A stretch of DNA of 64,000 bases. Origin: the human T2T-CHM13v2.0 reference genome, Homo sapiens. The stretch lies in NCBI RefSeq assembly GCF_009914755.1, contig NC_060947.1; one strand, 5' to 3'. Under the pieces are notes generated by a model. That model did not search any database, was not told the DNA's origin, and saw only the letters and a program-made list of their open reading frames with translations. Positions 45,171 through 63,133 of this stretch are shown here, piece after piece. Both the position numbers and the translations under genes were made by a program. How positions within the stretch are numbered: position 1 is the first letter of the stretch; the number at the start of each line of letters is the position of its first letter.

Positions 45171-46467
45171 TATTTATATATATTTTAAGTTTAGGTTTTA
45201 ATTCTATTGATACAGATTCATTTATATAGATCATTGATACAGATGTCCTGTATTTATGGAAATTGCCCCCACATGTGTCTTTTATATTCATCTATGTATA
45301 TTATAGACATATGTATGTTTTTATATCTACATGTATATCTTTTTACACACATCACTGGAAATAGACTGTTTAAAATTAACTGAACAGATGATGAAAAAAA
45401 AAACTGTTTAACAAGAAAGTTAAGCCACCTTTTTTTTTTTCCTGCCTTCTGAGTTGGACTACATGTGTTTCAATAACAGCGTGCTTTTAAAAAGATATTT
45501 TTGAAAAGTTGCGGCTCGTCTGGCTTGTATTAGAGGTTGAATTTTGAGGGAAGTGACATATGTTCCCTAGAAGGCCTCCCTCAGTGACTTCGGTCGGACG
45601 ATTATTTCGGTGTGTTTACGCAGGTTTTGCTAATTTTAAGTAACTGGATGTTTCCTTCATAACGACCTGCCCGGGGAGGAAGAAGCAACGATTTGTCATC
45701 CCATAATCTTCCCCCAGGGTTCTCTGCATTTTTAAAATACAAGTCTAACCAAGATCTCCAAAAGGCATCTGAAAAATGTTTTTATGTGTGGAAACTGTTC
45801 ATTTCTCCGTGGTTGCATAACTCAAAAATAGATGAGGACATTTCTGAAACTTTCCCAGAAAAATCCCTCTTGGGCTAAAACTAACATTCGCTGGAGAGAA
45901 GCAAATAGGAAAGCACAAAATAAGGAAAGAAAGGCCTTCAGTGTAAAATGATCATTTTCCTTTTAAGAATTGTCTGCTTATCATGACATGAAAATCATAT
46001 TTCCGGTAGCTTTTAGAAATCCATGTGGGTGATGCTGATACTTAGAACTGTTCCAGTCATTCTCTAAGCTGAGACTCAGTGAATCCTCAATTGGAATCTC
46101 CTTTGTAAAGAACCCACACTCCTATTTTTGGCAACAAACTGGGATCTTTTGTGTTTATTTGTCTTAAATCAGCTTTTACTAAAGAGAGCTACGCCAGCCC
46201 CTAAATTACCAAAAGAATAATAGTTTCACGCTATGATGCCTTTCTCGCCCCCGTTTTGTCCTGACGAATGAGAATTGCTGCCTCTTTTGAACGTTCAGCT
46301 GTCTGGCGTGAGGGGACTTTCCTTTAGCTTCGGAAGAGTCAGTCTTGGCAGTTTTTGGTAATCAGAAACCAAGAATAAGAATTTGAATGCAGGGAAAACT
46401 GTGACACAGGAAATATGTTCATCTGTTACCTATATTTTAAAAGTTGAAAAATGAAGTGCTTTGGACT

Positions 46468-47667
46468 CTCTCTATATATAGATAGATATATAATATCTAT
46501 ATATATCTATAGATATATATAGATATTATATGTATAGATATTATCTATATAGATATATATAGATATTATCTATATATATCTATATATCTATAATATATAT
46601 CTATATATATCTATATATCTATAATATATATCTATATATCTATAATATATATCTATATATCTATAATATATATCTATAATATATATATCTATACATCTAT
46701 TATATATCTATATCTATATATCTATGATATATATCTATATATCTATGATATATATCTATATATCTATGATATATATCTATATATCTATGATATATATCTA
46801 TATATCTATGATATATATCTATATATCTATGATATATATCTATATATCTATGATATATATCTATATATCTATGATATATATCTATATATCTATGATATAT
46901 ATCTATATATCTATGATATATATCTATATATCTATGATATATATTTATATATCTATGATATATATCTATATATCTATATATCTATAACATATATCTATAT
47001 ATCTATAATATATATCTATATATCTATAATATATATCTATATATCTATATATCTATAATATATATATCTGTATATCTATAATATATATCTATATATCTAT
47101 AATATATATCTATATATCTGTAATATATATCTATATATCTATATATCTATAATATATATCTATATATCTATATATCTGTAATATATATCTATATATCTGT
47201 AATATATATCTATATATCTATATATCTGTAATATATATCTATATATCTATATATCTGTAATATATATCTATATATCTGTAATATATATCTATATGTCTAT
47301 ATATTATATATCTATATAGATATATAATATCTTTATCGACATATCGATATATATCGACATATTGATATATATCGACATATCGATATATATCGACATATAG
47401 ATATATATATTTATATAGATATATCTATATATAGATAGAGATATATAGATGATATATAGATATATAGATATATATAGATATATTGATATATAGATATATA
47501 TAGATATATAGATATATAGAGAGATATAGATATATAGAGATATATAGATAGACATATATAGATATATAGATATATATCTATATAGAGATATATAGATATT
47601 ATCTATATATCTCTCTCTATCTATATATCTGTGTGTAATATATATCTATATAGATATATAATATCTT

Positions 47668-47716
<49 letters not shown>

Positions 47717-47728
47717 GTATATATATCT
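46468..47728. repeat. 1.26-kb AT-rich (TATATC/GATATA) array including a 21-bp unit
   Basis: ATCTATGATATATATCTATAT about 12 times at 46720-46970; TATC-type left part, GATA-type right part. Confidence 0.95.
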
Positions 47729-48377
47729 CAAAGAGGCAAAATGGTAGTTATTTTTTTTCCTGTCAAGCTGCTGCTTCTGTAGAATTATAAGCCATTCTAA
47801 GGAAACTAGGAGAATTTTTAAAATCATCATAATAAACGGACCCGGTGTCTCTTTGGAACTTAGAACTCTGACACTGAGTAACAAATTGAGCCGTTGGGAC
47901 GTTTGTATTTGGTTTCAGTTTTGCTGATGATATCACCGGAATCCGTTTCATACTTAAAAAATTATGCAGGGTTACTGGTGTTCAAGTTTGATTAGATCAT
48001 GTAAGAATGAGAAAAACAGGCAGTCATTTCTGGCAAGGTATAGGATTTCCTGCTTGCATCCACATTTACCCCAATTCTTTCCTTGTGGGATGAAGTTTTT
48101 ATCTGTCTCTCCATGTGTCTCTTTTCTGTTTTTTCCCCCCAATTCTACTATATGGAAATCTTTCTCGCTGGTTTCTAGATGCCTTATGCTTTTCCAAGTA
48201 ATTTTATATTTTGGAAAAGTGAGGTTAGAAATGGCAGGCCCATCTCACAGCTGAAAAATTCGCCATCTGGATTTGTCTTTTCTTTACGCAGGTCCAACAC
48301 GAGTATCTCTCTGAAATGTTTTTACTATGATTCAACATGAGTTTTACAGATTTAAACCACTCCCAAGAGTCTATTCA

Positions 48378-49232
48378 TTTTTTTTTTGTTTTTTTGAGAC
48401 AGAGTCTGACTCTTGTGGCCCAGGCTGGAGTGCAGCGGGGGTGATATTGGCTCACTGCAACCTCCTGGGTTCAAGCGATTCTCCTGCCTCAGCCTCCCGA
48501 GTAGCTGGGATTACAAGTGTAAGCCACCACACCCGGCTAATTTTTGTATTTTTAGTAGAGATGGGGTTTCACCATGTTGGCCAGGCTGGTCTTGAACTCC
48601 TGACCTCAAGTGATTGACCTGCCTCAGCTTCCCAAAGTGCTGGGATTACAGGTGTGACCCACCATGCCCGACCCATTCATTCATTCATTCACTCATTCAC
48701 AAGCTCACTCCATTCATTCATTCATTCATTCACTCACAAGCTCATTCATTCATTCATAAGCTCACTCATTCATTCACTCACAAGCTCATTCATTCATTCA
48801 CAAGCTCACTCATTCATTCATTCATTCACTCAAAGCTCACTCATTCATTCACAAGCTCACTCATTCATTCACAAGCTCACTCATTCGTTCATTCACAAGC
48901 TCACTCCATTCATTCATTCACTCACAAGCTCACTCACTCATTCATTCATTTATTCAGAAGCTCACTCATTCATTCATTCGAGACCAGCCTGGCCAACATG
49001 GTGAAACCCTGTCTCTACTAAAAATACAAAAATTAGCCGGATGTGGTGGCTCACGCCTGTCATCTGAACACATGTGTCAGCCACTGCGCCCGGCCAACTT
49101 TTATATTTTTTTTAGTAGAGATGGGGTTTCACCATGTTGGTCAGGCTGATCTCGAACTCCTGACCTCAAAAGATCCACCCGCCTCGGCCTCTCAAAGTGC
49201 TGGGATGACAGGTGTGAGCCACCGCACCCAGT
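48378..49232. mobile_element. AluS (-), (ATTC/CTCA)n array 48673-48978, closely inverted Alu fragments
   Basis: Alu consensus; plus-strand fragment 48978-49064 followed by minus-strand left arm 49100-49232. Confidence 0.88.
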
Positions 49233-49774
49233 CCAAAGCACTCGAGTTTAATCCAGAGGTAACACAGCAAGACTTGGGGGTCTTCCAGGCTTGGAGGTCT
49301 TCCATCCAGCCTCCAGGAATGCTTTCTCCATGGAGGTGCCCCATGAAGTTGGTAATTCAAGGCCAGGCTCATGGTGGATATCAGGAAACCTGGAAGAAAG
49401 GTCAGCGCCCACGGTGGGTTGGAAGGTCCAATCCGTGCAACTTCAGACAAAAGCTTGGAACGAAGCTGGTTCACCATGGCTGGCTGAATGCTTTGGTTGG
49501 ATGGAGCAGACAGAAATCTACAGTTTTTCATCTGACTTTTGCTCCTGGGGCCTCAGGAGGGGCAGAAACAGATATGAAGCAGTTTCTACCAGGGCAACAA
49601 CATCTCCGCAGAAGTTTTCTTTCTTAATCCTGTTTCCAGAGTAAGGGGGAAAAAAGGTACCCGGGGGTGGGAACACAGAGCCTGGGACCTGCATGGTTTT
49701 ACCTTGGCACCTGCTCAGGGCCCTACGTCCTGTGGGCTGGCTCATAATTACTTTCTCATTAAGAAAGCAATCCA

Positions 49775-50186
<412 letters not shown>

Positions 50187-51127
50187 TTATTCTACTTGTC
50201 CTACACCCAGGGTGACTTAAAAACAGCGTTTGCCTCCAAAATGCTACCATACGTCTTCCTGAAACATTCCACATTTCCCCAAACCTTTGCAAGCAGCTGG
50301 GTTAAAACCGTAGGGCACAAATGCATTCCTTCGAGGAGAACTTGGCACAGCTAATCAGGAATGAGAAGGTGTCCCTTAAAAAATAACACATTTCCCCCTT
50401 TAAGATGCTTCAAGGGGCTCCCCCGGCCCTCCAGGCATGTCTGTAATTTCCCACAATTTTGCTTTACGTCTCAATATGCTTGAATTGGATTAAGGAAAAT
50501 AATCAATGTTCTCAATACGGTATTTACTTGTAATATTTTCCTTGCGCCCTAAGTTAGTTTCCCCGAGATGAAAGATGATTTTAAAAATTGCTATAGGTAA
50601 TGATTTTTTATAGCTTAATTTAGATTATATTGAAAATTATGAAGGGGAGGGGAAAAAAAATCCAACAACCCAGAATTGCCTCTACCTTATTAAACATCTC
50701 CACGTTTTTGCAATTTAAATACTACACTCAGCCGTATATTTTCTGTATTTCTATTTCCACAATAAGCATTAATAACATGGTAATATCTTTATTTCCATAC
50801 TGTTTCCTTAATACACCACGGGGAGCTGGAAGCCATGTTCACTCAACAATTATTTCCATGAGAAAGAGCAGATTGTAGCAAAGGGCTCAAATTTCCTCTC
50901 GTGTGGTGGAAAACACTCCTCCCTGCCTGCTGCCTTAAGTGAACGAGTGAAAAACACTCATTGGTTTAAAAAATAAATAGCACAGCTCTGTTTGCTTACA
51001 AGCCCACCTGTCCAACTTTTCTCCAGCTTCTGGGGATGTTTGTCTCCACCCGCTGCTGGGATCCAGATGTATCAGCAAGCTACCTCTGACAGTCAGCAAA
51101 TTAGAAACTCCTAACAGTTTCATGCCT

Positions 51128-52045
<918 letters not shown>

Positions 52046-52171
52046 AAAATGAGGTAGTACCTTGCTAAGAAATCATTCAGGTTTTCAGCATGGCAATAAC
52101 AGAACATGATGCTAAGGGCAAGACCAAAGAAGGCAAGGCTGCTGTTGTTATGCACATATCCATGAACATGG

Positions 52172-53121
<950 letters not shown>

Positions 53122-53189
53122 TGCGGCTCCTGGAGGAAATGTCATTCAGAACGAGGTTCTCAACCCTGGATGGGAGGAAGCTTTGGTGT

Positions 53190-54312
<1,123 letters not shown>

Positions 54313-54644
54313 TTACAGGGCAGAAGCTGGCAGGTGATTTTGGGGGCAGGAATTGCTTCCTGGATGCTGTAGGATGAACCCCACTCCCCAGGAAGGCACC
54401 CATCCTGGTGGACTAACAGAGGCAGCCCTCACCCCAAAAGGCAATGTTGTTCCACTCATTTTATGGGGTGACTCCTTCCTGTAGGTTCCTTCCAGCTTTG
54501 CCAGAAAAACACACAACATCTTTCCTGACAGGACATTGGTTTTGTTTTTGAACAGAGAGATCCTTCATTTAAAAAGTTAGGTTTTTTTTTTTCTTTCTTT
54601 CTTTCTTTTGTCATGGAATCAACCTAGATCCTAAGCCTAGCAGG

Positions 54645-54953
54645 TTATTATTATTTTTTTATTATTATTTTTTGAGATGGAGTCCCACTCTGTGGCCCAG
54701 GCTGGAGGGCAGTGGCGCGATCTCGGCTCACTGCAACGTCCGCCTCCTGGGTTCAAGAGATTCTCCTGCCTCAACCTGCAGAGGAGCCGGGATTAGAGGC
54801 ACACGCCACCATGCCCAGCTAATTTTTGTACTTTTAGTAGACATAGGGTCTTGCCATGTTGGCCAGACTGATCTCAAACTCCTGACCTCAGGTGATCTGC
54901 TCACCTTGGCCTCCAAAATTGCTGAGAATACAGGTGTGAGCCACCACACCCAG
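54645..54953 (-). mobile_element. AluS
   Basis: Alu consensus. Confidence 0.93.
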
Positions 54954-55111
54954 ACACAGTTTATTTTTGCTGATTTTCTCCCTCCTCCCACCGTCCACAC
55001 TCAAAGAAAATGTGGTACATCTACACCATGGAATACTACGCAACCCTGAAAAGAAACAAAATCATGGGTTTTTTTTGCAGCAACATGGATGTAGCTGGAG
55101 GCCATTATCTT

Positions 55112-55585
55112 TTTAAAATTATTTTTATTATTTTTTATTTTTTCTATTCTACTTTAAGTTCTGGGGTATATGTGCAGAATGTGCAGGGTTGTTACATAGG
55201 TATACATGTGCCATAGTGATTTGCTGCACCCATCAACCCGTCATCTACATTAGGTGTTTCTCATAATGCTCTCCCTCCCCCCCCAGTCCCCCACCCCTGC
55301 AACAGGCCCCAGTGTATGATGTTCCCCTCTCCGGGTCCATGTGTTCTCATTGTTCAACTCTCACTTATGAGTGAGAACATGTGGTGTTTGGTTTTCTGTT
55401 CCTGTGTGAATTTGCTGAGAATGATGGTTTCCAGCTTCATCCATGTCCCCCTGCAAAGGACATGAACTCATCCTTTTTCATGGCTGCATAGTATTCCAAG
55501 GTGTCTATGTGCTACATTTTCTTTATCCAGTCTATCACTGATGAGCATTTGGGTTGGTTCCGTGTCTTTGCTATTGTGAACAGTG
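55112..55585 (-). mobile_element. 5'-truncated L1PA insertion with TSD
   Basis: 16-bp TSD TGGAGGCCATTATCTT at 55096-55111 and 55586-55601. Confidence 0.92.
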
Positions 55586-55969
55586 TGGAGGCCATTATCT
55601 TAAGTAAATTCACAGAATGCTGCACATTCTCACTTATAAGTGGGAGCTAAATGTTGTGTATACGTAGATGCAGAGAAGGGAACAGATACTGAGGTCTAGT
55701 TAGGGGGAGAGAGGAAGGTAGAAGCACAAGAGTTGAAAAAACCAACTGCAGGGTGTTATGCTCACTACCTGGGTGATGGGATCACTCATACCCCAGACCT
55801 CTACATCACACATGGTACCCATGTAATAAACCTGTACATGTACCTCCCGAATCTAAACTGCTCCAACATTTGCCCCAGCAATTCCAAGACTGGTCATCTA
55901 CCCAAAGGAAAAGAAGTCATTCTACCAAAAAGACAAATGCATGGTAAAGTTCCTTTTTTTTTTTTTTGA

Positions 55970-56071
<102 letters not shown>

Positions 56072-56310
56072 TGAGCAGCTGGGATTACAGGCATGTGCCA
56101 CCACGCCTGGCTCAGTTTTGTATTTTTAGTAGAGATAGGGTTTCACCATGTTGATCAGGCTGGTCTCGAACTCCTGACCTCAGGTGATCTGCCCACCTCA
56201 GCCCTCCAGAGTGCTGGGATTACAGTGCCCAGCCCTGTAAGGTTCATCACAGCACGACTCACAATAGGAAAGTCATGGAATCGACCTAGTTGTCCATCAG
56301 TAGGGGATCA

Positions 56311-57100
56311 GATAAAGCAAATGTGGTTCTTCTACACCATGGAATACTACACAGCCACGAAAAAGAATAAAATCATGTCCTTTGCAGCCACGTGGTTGTA
56401 GCTGAAGGGCATTATGCTTAATGAATTAACCCAAGAACAGAAAACTCAAATACCACACGTTCTCAACTGGATAAAGCAATTGTGGCCCTTCTGCATCATG
56501 GAATACTACACAGCCATGAAAAAGAATAAAATCATGTCTTTGCAGCCACATGGATGCAGCTGAAGGGCATTATGCTTAGTGAATTAATGCCAGGAACAGA
56601 AAATCAAATACTACATGTTCTCAACTAGATAAAGCAAATGTGGCCCTTCTACAGCATGGAATACTACAGAGTCATGAAAAAGAATAAAATCATGTCTTTG
56701 CAGGCACATGGATGCAGCTGAAGGGCATTATGCTTAGTGAATTAATGCCAGAAACAGAAAATGAATACTACATGTTCTCAACTAGATAAAGCAAATGTGG
56801 TCCTTCTGCATCATGCATCATGGAATACTACACAGCCATGAAAAAGAATAAAATCATGTCTTTGCAGCCTCATGGATGCAGCTGAAGGGCATTATGCTTA
56901 GTGAATTAATGCCAGAAACAGAAAATCAAATACCACATGTTCTCAATTAGATAAAGCAAATGGGGTCCTTCTGCATCATGGAATACTACACAGCAATGAA
57001 AAACAATAAAATCATGCCCTTTGTATTCACATGGATGAAGCTGAAGGGCACTATGCTTAGTGAATTAATGCCAGTAACAGAAAATCAAATACCACATGTT
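56311..57100 (+). repeat. L1-derived tandem array, ~158-163-bp unit x5
   Basis: GATAAAGCAAATGTGG..GGAATACTACACAGCC..GCTGAAGGGCATTATGCTT at ~56311, 56470, 56628, 56785, 56949. Confidence 0.93.
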
Positions 57101-57299
57101 CTTGCTTATAGGTGGGAGCTAAACGTTGCCTGCGCCTGGACACAATGAAGGGACACCACAGACCCTCAGGACTAATAGAGCAGGAAGCAGGGGCAGGGGT
57201 ACCAGCGTTGAAAAACTACCCTGAGGTTCTTGGAATGTCAGGCAGAAGGCAGCGACTGGAGAGATCTTTGGGTCACGGATTTTTCTGTTGCATTTTCTT

Positions 57300-57905
57300 G
57301 CCTGTTTGTTTGTTTTTTTCTGTCTCTCTCTCTCTTTCTTTTTTTTTTTTTTTTTTTTTTTTTTGAGAAGGAGTCTAGCTCTGTCGCCCAGGCTGGAGTG
57401 CAGTGATGCAATCTCGGCTCCCTGCGACTTCCGCCTCCTGGATTCAAGCGATTCTCCTGCCTCAGCCTCCTGAGTAGCTGGGACTACAGGCACCCGCCAC
57501 CACACCTGGTTAATTTTTGTATTTTTAGCAGAGACGGGGTTTCACAAGGTTGGTCAGGCTGGTCTTGAACTCCTGACCTCAGGCGATCACCCTGCCTGGG
57601 CCTCCCAAAGTGCTGGGATTACAGGCCTGAGCCACCGCACCCGGCCTCTCTTCTTATGTATTTTTAGAACTCCTCTAGAATTTGGGGTTTGTTTTTCTTA
57701 ATTACAAGGAACCAAGTTGAATCATTATTGCATGTATAAATATACATTTTATATTTAATACATATTATATACCTCATGGATGTACAATGCTCAGTGCCTG
57801 GGTGATGGGATCATTCATACCCCAAACCTCAGCATCGTACAATATCCCCAGGTCACAAAGCTGCATGTGGATCTCCTGAATCTATAATAATAATAAATAA
57901 AAAGT
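57300..57905. mobile_element. AluS (-, 57300-57646) and L1 3' end (+, 57780-57905)
   Basis: Alu consensus; CCTGGGTGATGGGATCATTCATACCCCAAACCTCAGCATC. Confidence 0.88.
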
Positions 57906-58478
57906 GACTTTGTAATTCACAGGGAAACCCCCTCTGCCTCTCAGTCCCTTGGATTCCCAAAGTTTGTTTTCAACACCCCTAGGGGAAACTCAGAATCTCA
58001 TTTTCAGAACGCGGGTTGTTTTTCTTAGAAGCGCTTTGCAAAACAAAATAGGAAGCAAAATCTTTCTCGCTCCTTCCGCTCCGTAATAGACAAAATAAAA
58101 TGAGGGGGCAGGAATCCAAAGGCTTTGACCGCAGCTGGCAGATTTATTGTGGTACAGACCTGAAGGCAAGCAGTGTTCTCTTTGATTCTACGAACCGTAC
58201 AGCCCCGGGCCGGCTGCCTTCTGCTTTCTGGATGGTGCAGGCATGAGCTCCAAGCCCAAATTTCACCGGAGCTCCAGGAATCGAGCCTGGCCCAGAGGAC
58301 TCACAGCACGGGGGCCAAACATGAAACCAGTGAGCGCTCCAGCAAGGTAACAGGACAGCTGGGTGATTCTTCTTGCCGGCTCCGCCAGATTACAGCCAGA
58401 ATTCCACCGAATGTGGTCTTTCTGTGTCTCTCCCCAGACAGCGAAGCTGGACAAACCTGGGGGGGTGGGGGTGGGGGG

Positions 58479-58992
58479 GTGCTGACTTCAGTGGGGTGTC
58501 CTGGAGAGGCAGGAACCAGGGTTTCCAGGGTGCAGATCCTGCTGAAGCAAATGGACGTGGCATCCGCGGGCAGAGCTGGCTGTGGCGTCCCCCCTCTGCC
58601 TGCGGTGTCATCAAATGCACCCAGAGACCCCTCCTAAACCTGGAGGGTGTGCTGACCTCAGTGGGGTGTCCTGGAGAGGCAGGAACCAGGGTTTCCAGGA
58701 TGCAGATCCTACTGAAGCAAATGGACGTGGCATCCGCGGGCAGAGCTGGCTGTGGCGTCCCCCCTCTGCCTGCGGTGTCACCAAATGCACCCAGACACCC
58801 CTCCTAAACCTGCAGGGTGTGCTGACCTCAGTGGGGTGTCCCGGAGAGGCAGGAACCAGGGTTTCCAGGGTGCAGATCCTACTGAAGCAAAGGGGCGTGG
58901 CATCCTCGGGCAGGGCTGGCTGTGGCTGGCCCCCCCAGCCTGGACATCCCCCCCACTGCCTGGGGTGTCACCTAATGCACCCAGAGACCTCT
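58479..58992. repeat. GC-rich 170-bp tandem repeat x3
   Basis: GCTGACYTCAGTGGGGTGTCC at 58481, 58651, 58821. Confidence 0.93.
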
Positions 58993-59099
58993 CGTCCAAA
59001 AGGCCATTCATGGGAAGCCTCCAGGTCTCCTCGGCAGGCAGCATCACGTCTGATTTATCTGTGTTATCAGGTAACGCAGGCCTGTTCTACCTGTGTGCG

Positions 59100-60274
<1,175 letters not shown>

Positions 60275-61752
60275 GTGATTCTGGAGCAGGTGAGCTGATC
60301 ACAAGCCTGAGTCAAGAATCCATGGAGATCATTTACAGCAGAAGCCGGGACCCTGTGCAAATCCTTCTGAAATATCCCCGATTGACTGAGCTCCTAGGGG
60401 TGGGGAAGAAAAATTCCCTGACATCTCGGCCTCAGGGAAAGAGACACCCCACTGGCAGGACGTCTCTGCTGTTTCTCAGAAGACAGCTGGGGTGTCACTC
60501 TCCCAAACGACGGTGATTTTCAGAACGGTTCACTTTGTGGAGAGACGTTTCTGCCCTGGAGATCCGTACATATTGAACCCAAATGAATATTTTTTAATTA
60601 AAAAAGTTTATATAAATATGCATTGTGTATACTTTATATTAATATATTGATATAAATAAATGTATTTTATTAATATAAACATATGATTTTTATAGTTTAC
60701 ATAAATAATAAAGTTACATATGGTGTATATGTAAAATATACTTTTATTTGTAATACATAATTGTATAGATTAAATTTTATATACTAAGCAAAGTTACGTG
60801 TAATATATACATGCCATATAACATCATTTATATAATATATAACTTTATGTAAATAAAATAAAATTGATCTTATATTAATACGTAATTATGTATATACACT
60901 ATGTAAAAATAAAATTATATATTGTATATGCATAATTATATTTCTATAAATACACGCTTATGTGTGTATTTATACGTGAATGCCTGTGTTTGTGTGAGTC
61001 CATCAGTGAGTGCGTGAATGTGTGTGTGAGCATGTGTGTCTGTGTGAGTGTAAGAGTGTTGTACCTTTATACACACCCATTTTGTTTTCTGGTTAATAAC
61101 AAGGTCTATGTTTGATTTAGGATATGAAGAATTCTTATAAGCAACCCCACACACACAATTTGTATTTATTTTAAAATATTCTTAAAATATGGATTTTTTT
61201 TATTTTTGCACAAACAGACAAGACTGTTTTTTCTTTCCAAAACTTTTATTTCAAATTCTGACACCGAGGGGGAGAAAAAGAAGAAAACATTGTGTAACCT
61301 TATATGCATTAGACACATAAGTAATTACTAAATGCAATACAGATTTCGACAACATGCTTTTAGGAAACAGGAGGAATTCAAACTCGTAGCCGCCTCAATG
61401 TTGAACTTTCTAATGTTTAATTTTTTTAATTAAAAATTATTCGTTTGGGTTCAATATGTACGGATCTCCAGGGCAGAAACGTCTCTCTAAAAAGTGAACC
61501 GTTCTGAAAATCACCGTCGTTTGGGAGAGTGACACCCCAGCTGTCTTCTGAGAAACAGCAGAGACGTCCTGCCAGTGGGGTGTCTCTTTCCCTGAGGCCG
61601 AGATGTCAGGGAATTTTTCTTCCCCACCCCTAGGAGCTCAGTCAACCGGGGATATTTCAGAAGGATTTGCACAGGGCCCCGGCTTCTGCTGTAAATGATC
61701 TTCATGGATTCTTGGCTCAGGCTTGTGATCAGCTTACCTGCTGCAGAATCAC
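60275..61752. repeat. ~330-bp inverted repeat (60275-60606 / 61422-61752), 815-bp spacer
   Basis: Arms differ at about 10 positions; near-identical peptide in ORFs 60322(+) and 61511(-). Confidence 0.95.
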
Positions 61753-61994
61753 TTTCCCTCGTAGCTTCTGGGCTCAGACACCTCAAAACCAGCAAAGGGA
61801 AGTCCTCACTGGCCAACGCGTCCATCCCAACTCCCGCATCTCCCCTTAGGGCGGGTTTGGGGTCCCGGACTTCGTTACTGATCCTTTCAAAGCGGACAGG
61901 GAGGTAAGATTTTATTCTGTTTCCAGAGGTTCACGATTTCTGCAGACGGTCAGCAACTCTTTGCATCCTACTGGTAAAAGTTTTATATACTTTG

Positions 61995-62760
61995 TATTTA
62001 TATAAATATGCATTGGGTATATTTTATATCAATAGATTGCTATAAATAAGTATATTTTATTAATATAAACATATGATTTTTATATTTTTATATAAATAAT
62101 AAAGTTATATATAGTGTATATGTAAAATACACTTTTATTTGTAATACATAATTTTGTAGATTAAATTTAATATATTAAGCAAAAATATGTGTAACATATA
62201 CATAACATATAACATATTTATATAACATATAACTTAATGTAAATAAGTATATAATAAAATTGATATTATATTTGTTAATACATAATTATGTATATATACT
62301 ATGTAAAAATAAAATTATATATTGTATATGCATAATTATATTTCTATAAATACAATTACATACCACATATAATTATGTATAAAATAATTGTATATAAAAT
62401 TATATAATAAATTTTGAAACTTTATAAATTATTATACATAGTATTTTATTGTATTAAATTTAGAAATGTGTTATATATAATAAAACCTTATATAATAAAT
62501 GTAGATTATATAAAATTTTATTTATAATAAATTACCTTATGTATAATCATATGAGAAAATAATTACATATAACATTGTATTACAATAAATTTAGAAATGT
62601 TATACATTATTATATATAAAATTTCATTATATTAAATTTAGAAATATATATAGTAAAATGGTATATTAAAATTTTTATGTAACATTTTATTATACATGTG
62701 TAATTTTATATGTTTTGTAATATGTAGAATATAAGTACAAAAATATTTATATACAGCTAC
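61995..62760. repeat. AT-rich low-complexity block; its first ~355 bp is a direct copy of 60608-60954
   Basis: TTTATATAAATATGCATTG...GCATAATTATATTTCTATAAATACA in both places. Confidence 0.88.
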
Positions 62761-62785
62761 GTGTAATATAAATACATCAGTGTAA

Positions 62786-63068
<283 letters not shown>

Positions 63069-63133
63069 ATCAACAGTGTAAGATACTAGCTATTAAAAAA
63101 TAAATAAATAAATAAATATATATATATATATAT

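Noticed and set aside
58479-58992. Alpha satellite (171-bp period)
   Set aside because: GC-rich, with no resemblance to the alphoid consensus or CENP-B box.
60322-61825. Near-identical peptide on opposite strands, suggesting a duplicated gene
   Set aside because: Explained by the DNA inverted repeat; no recognisable domain or evidence of coding.
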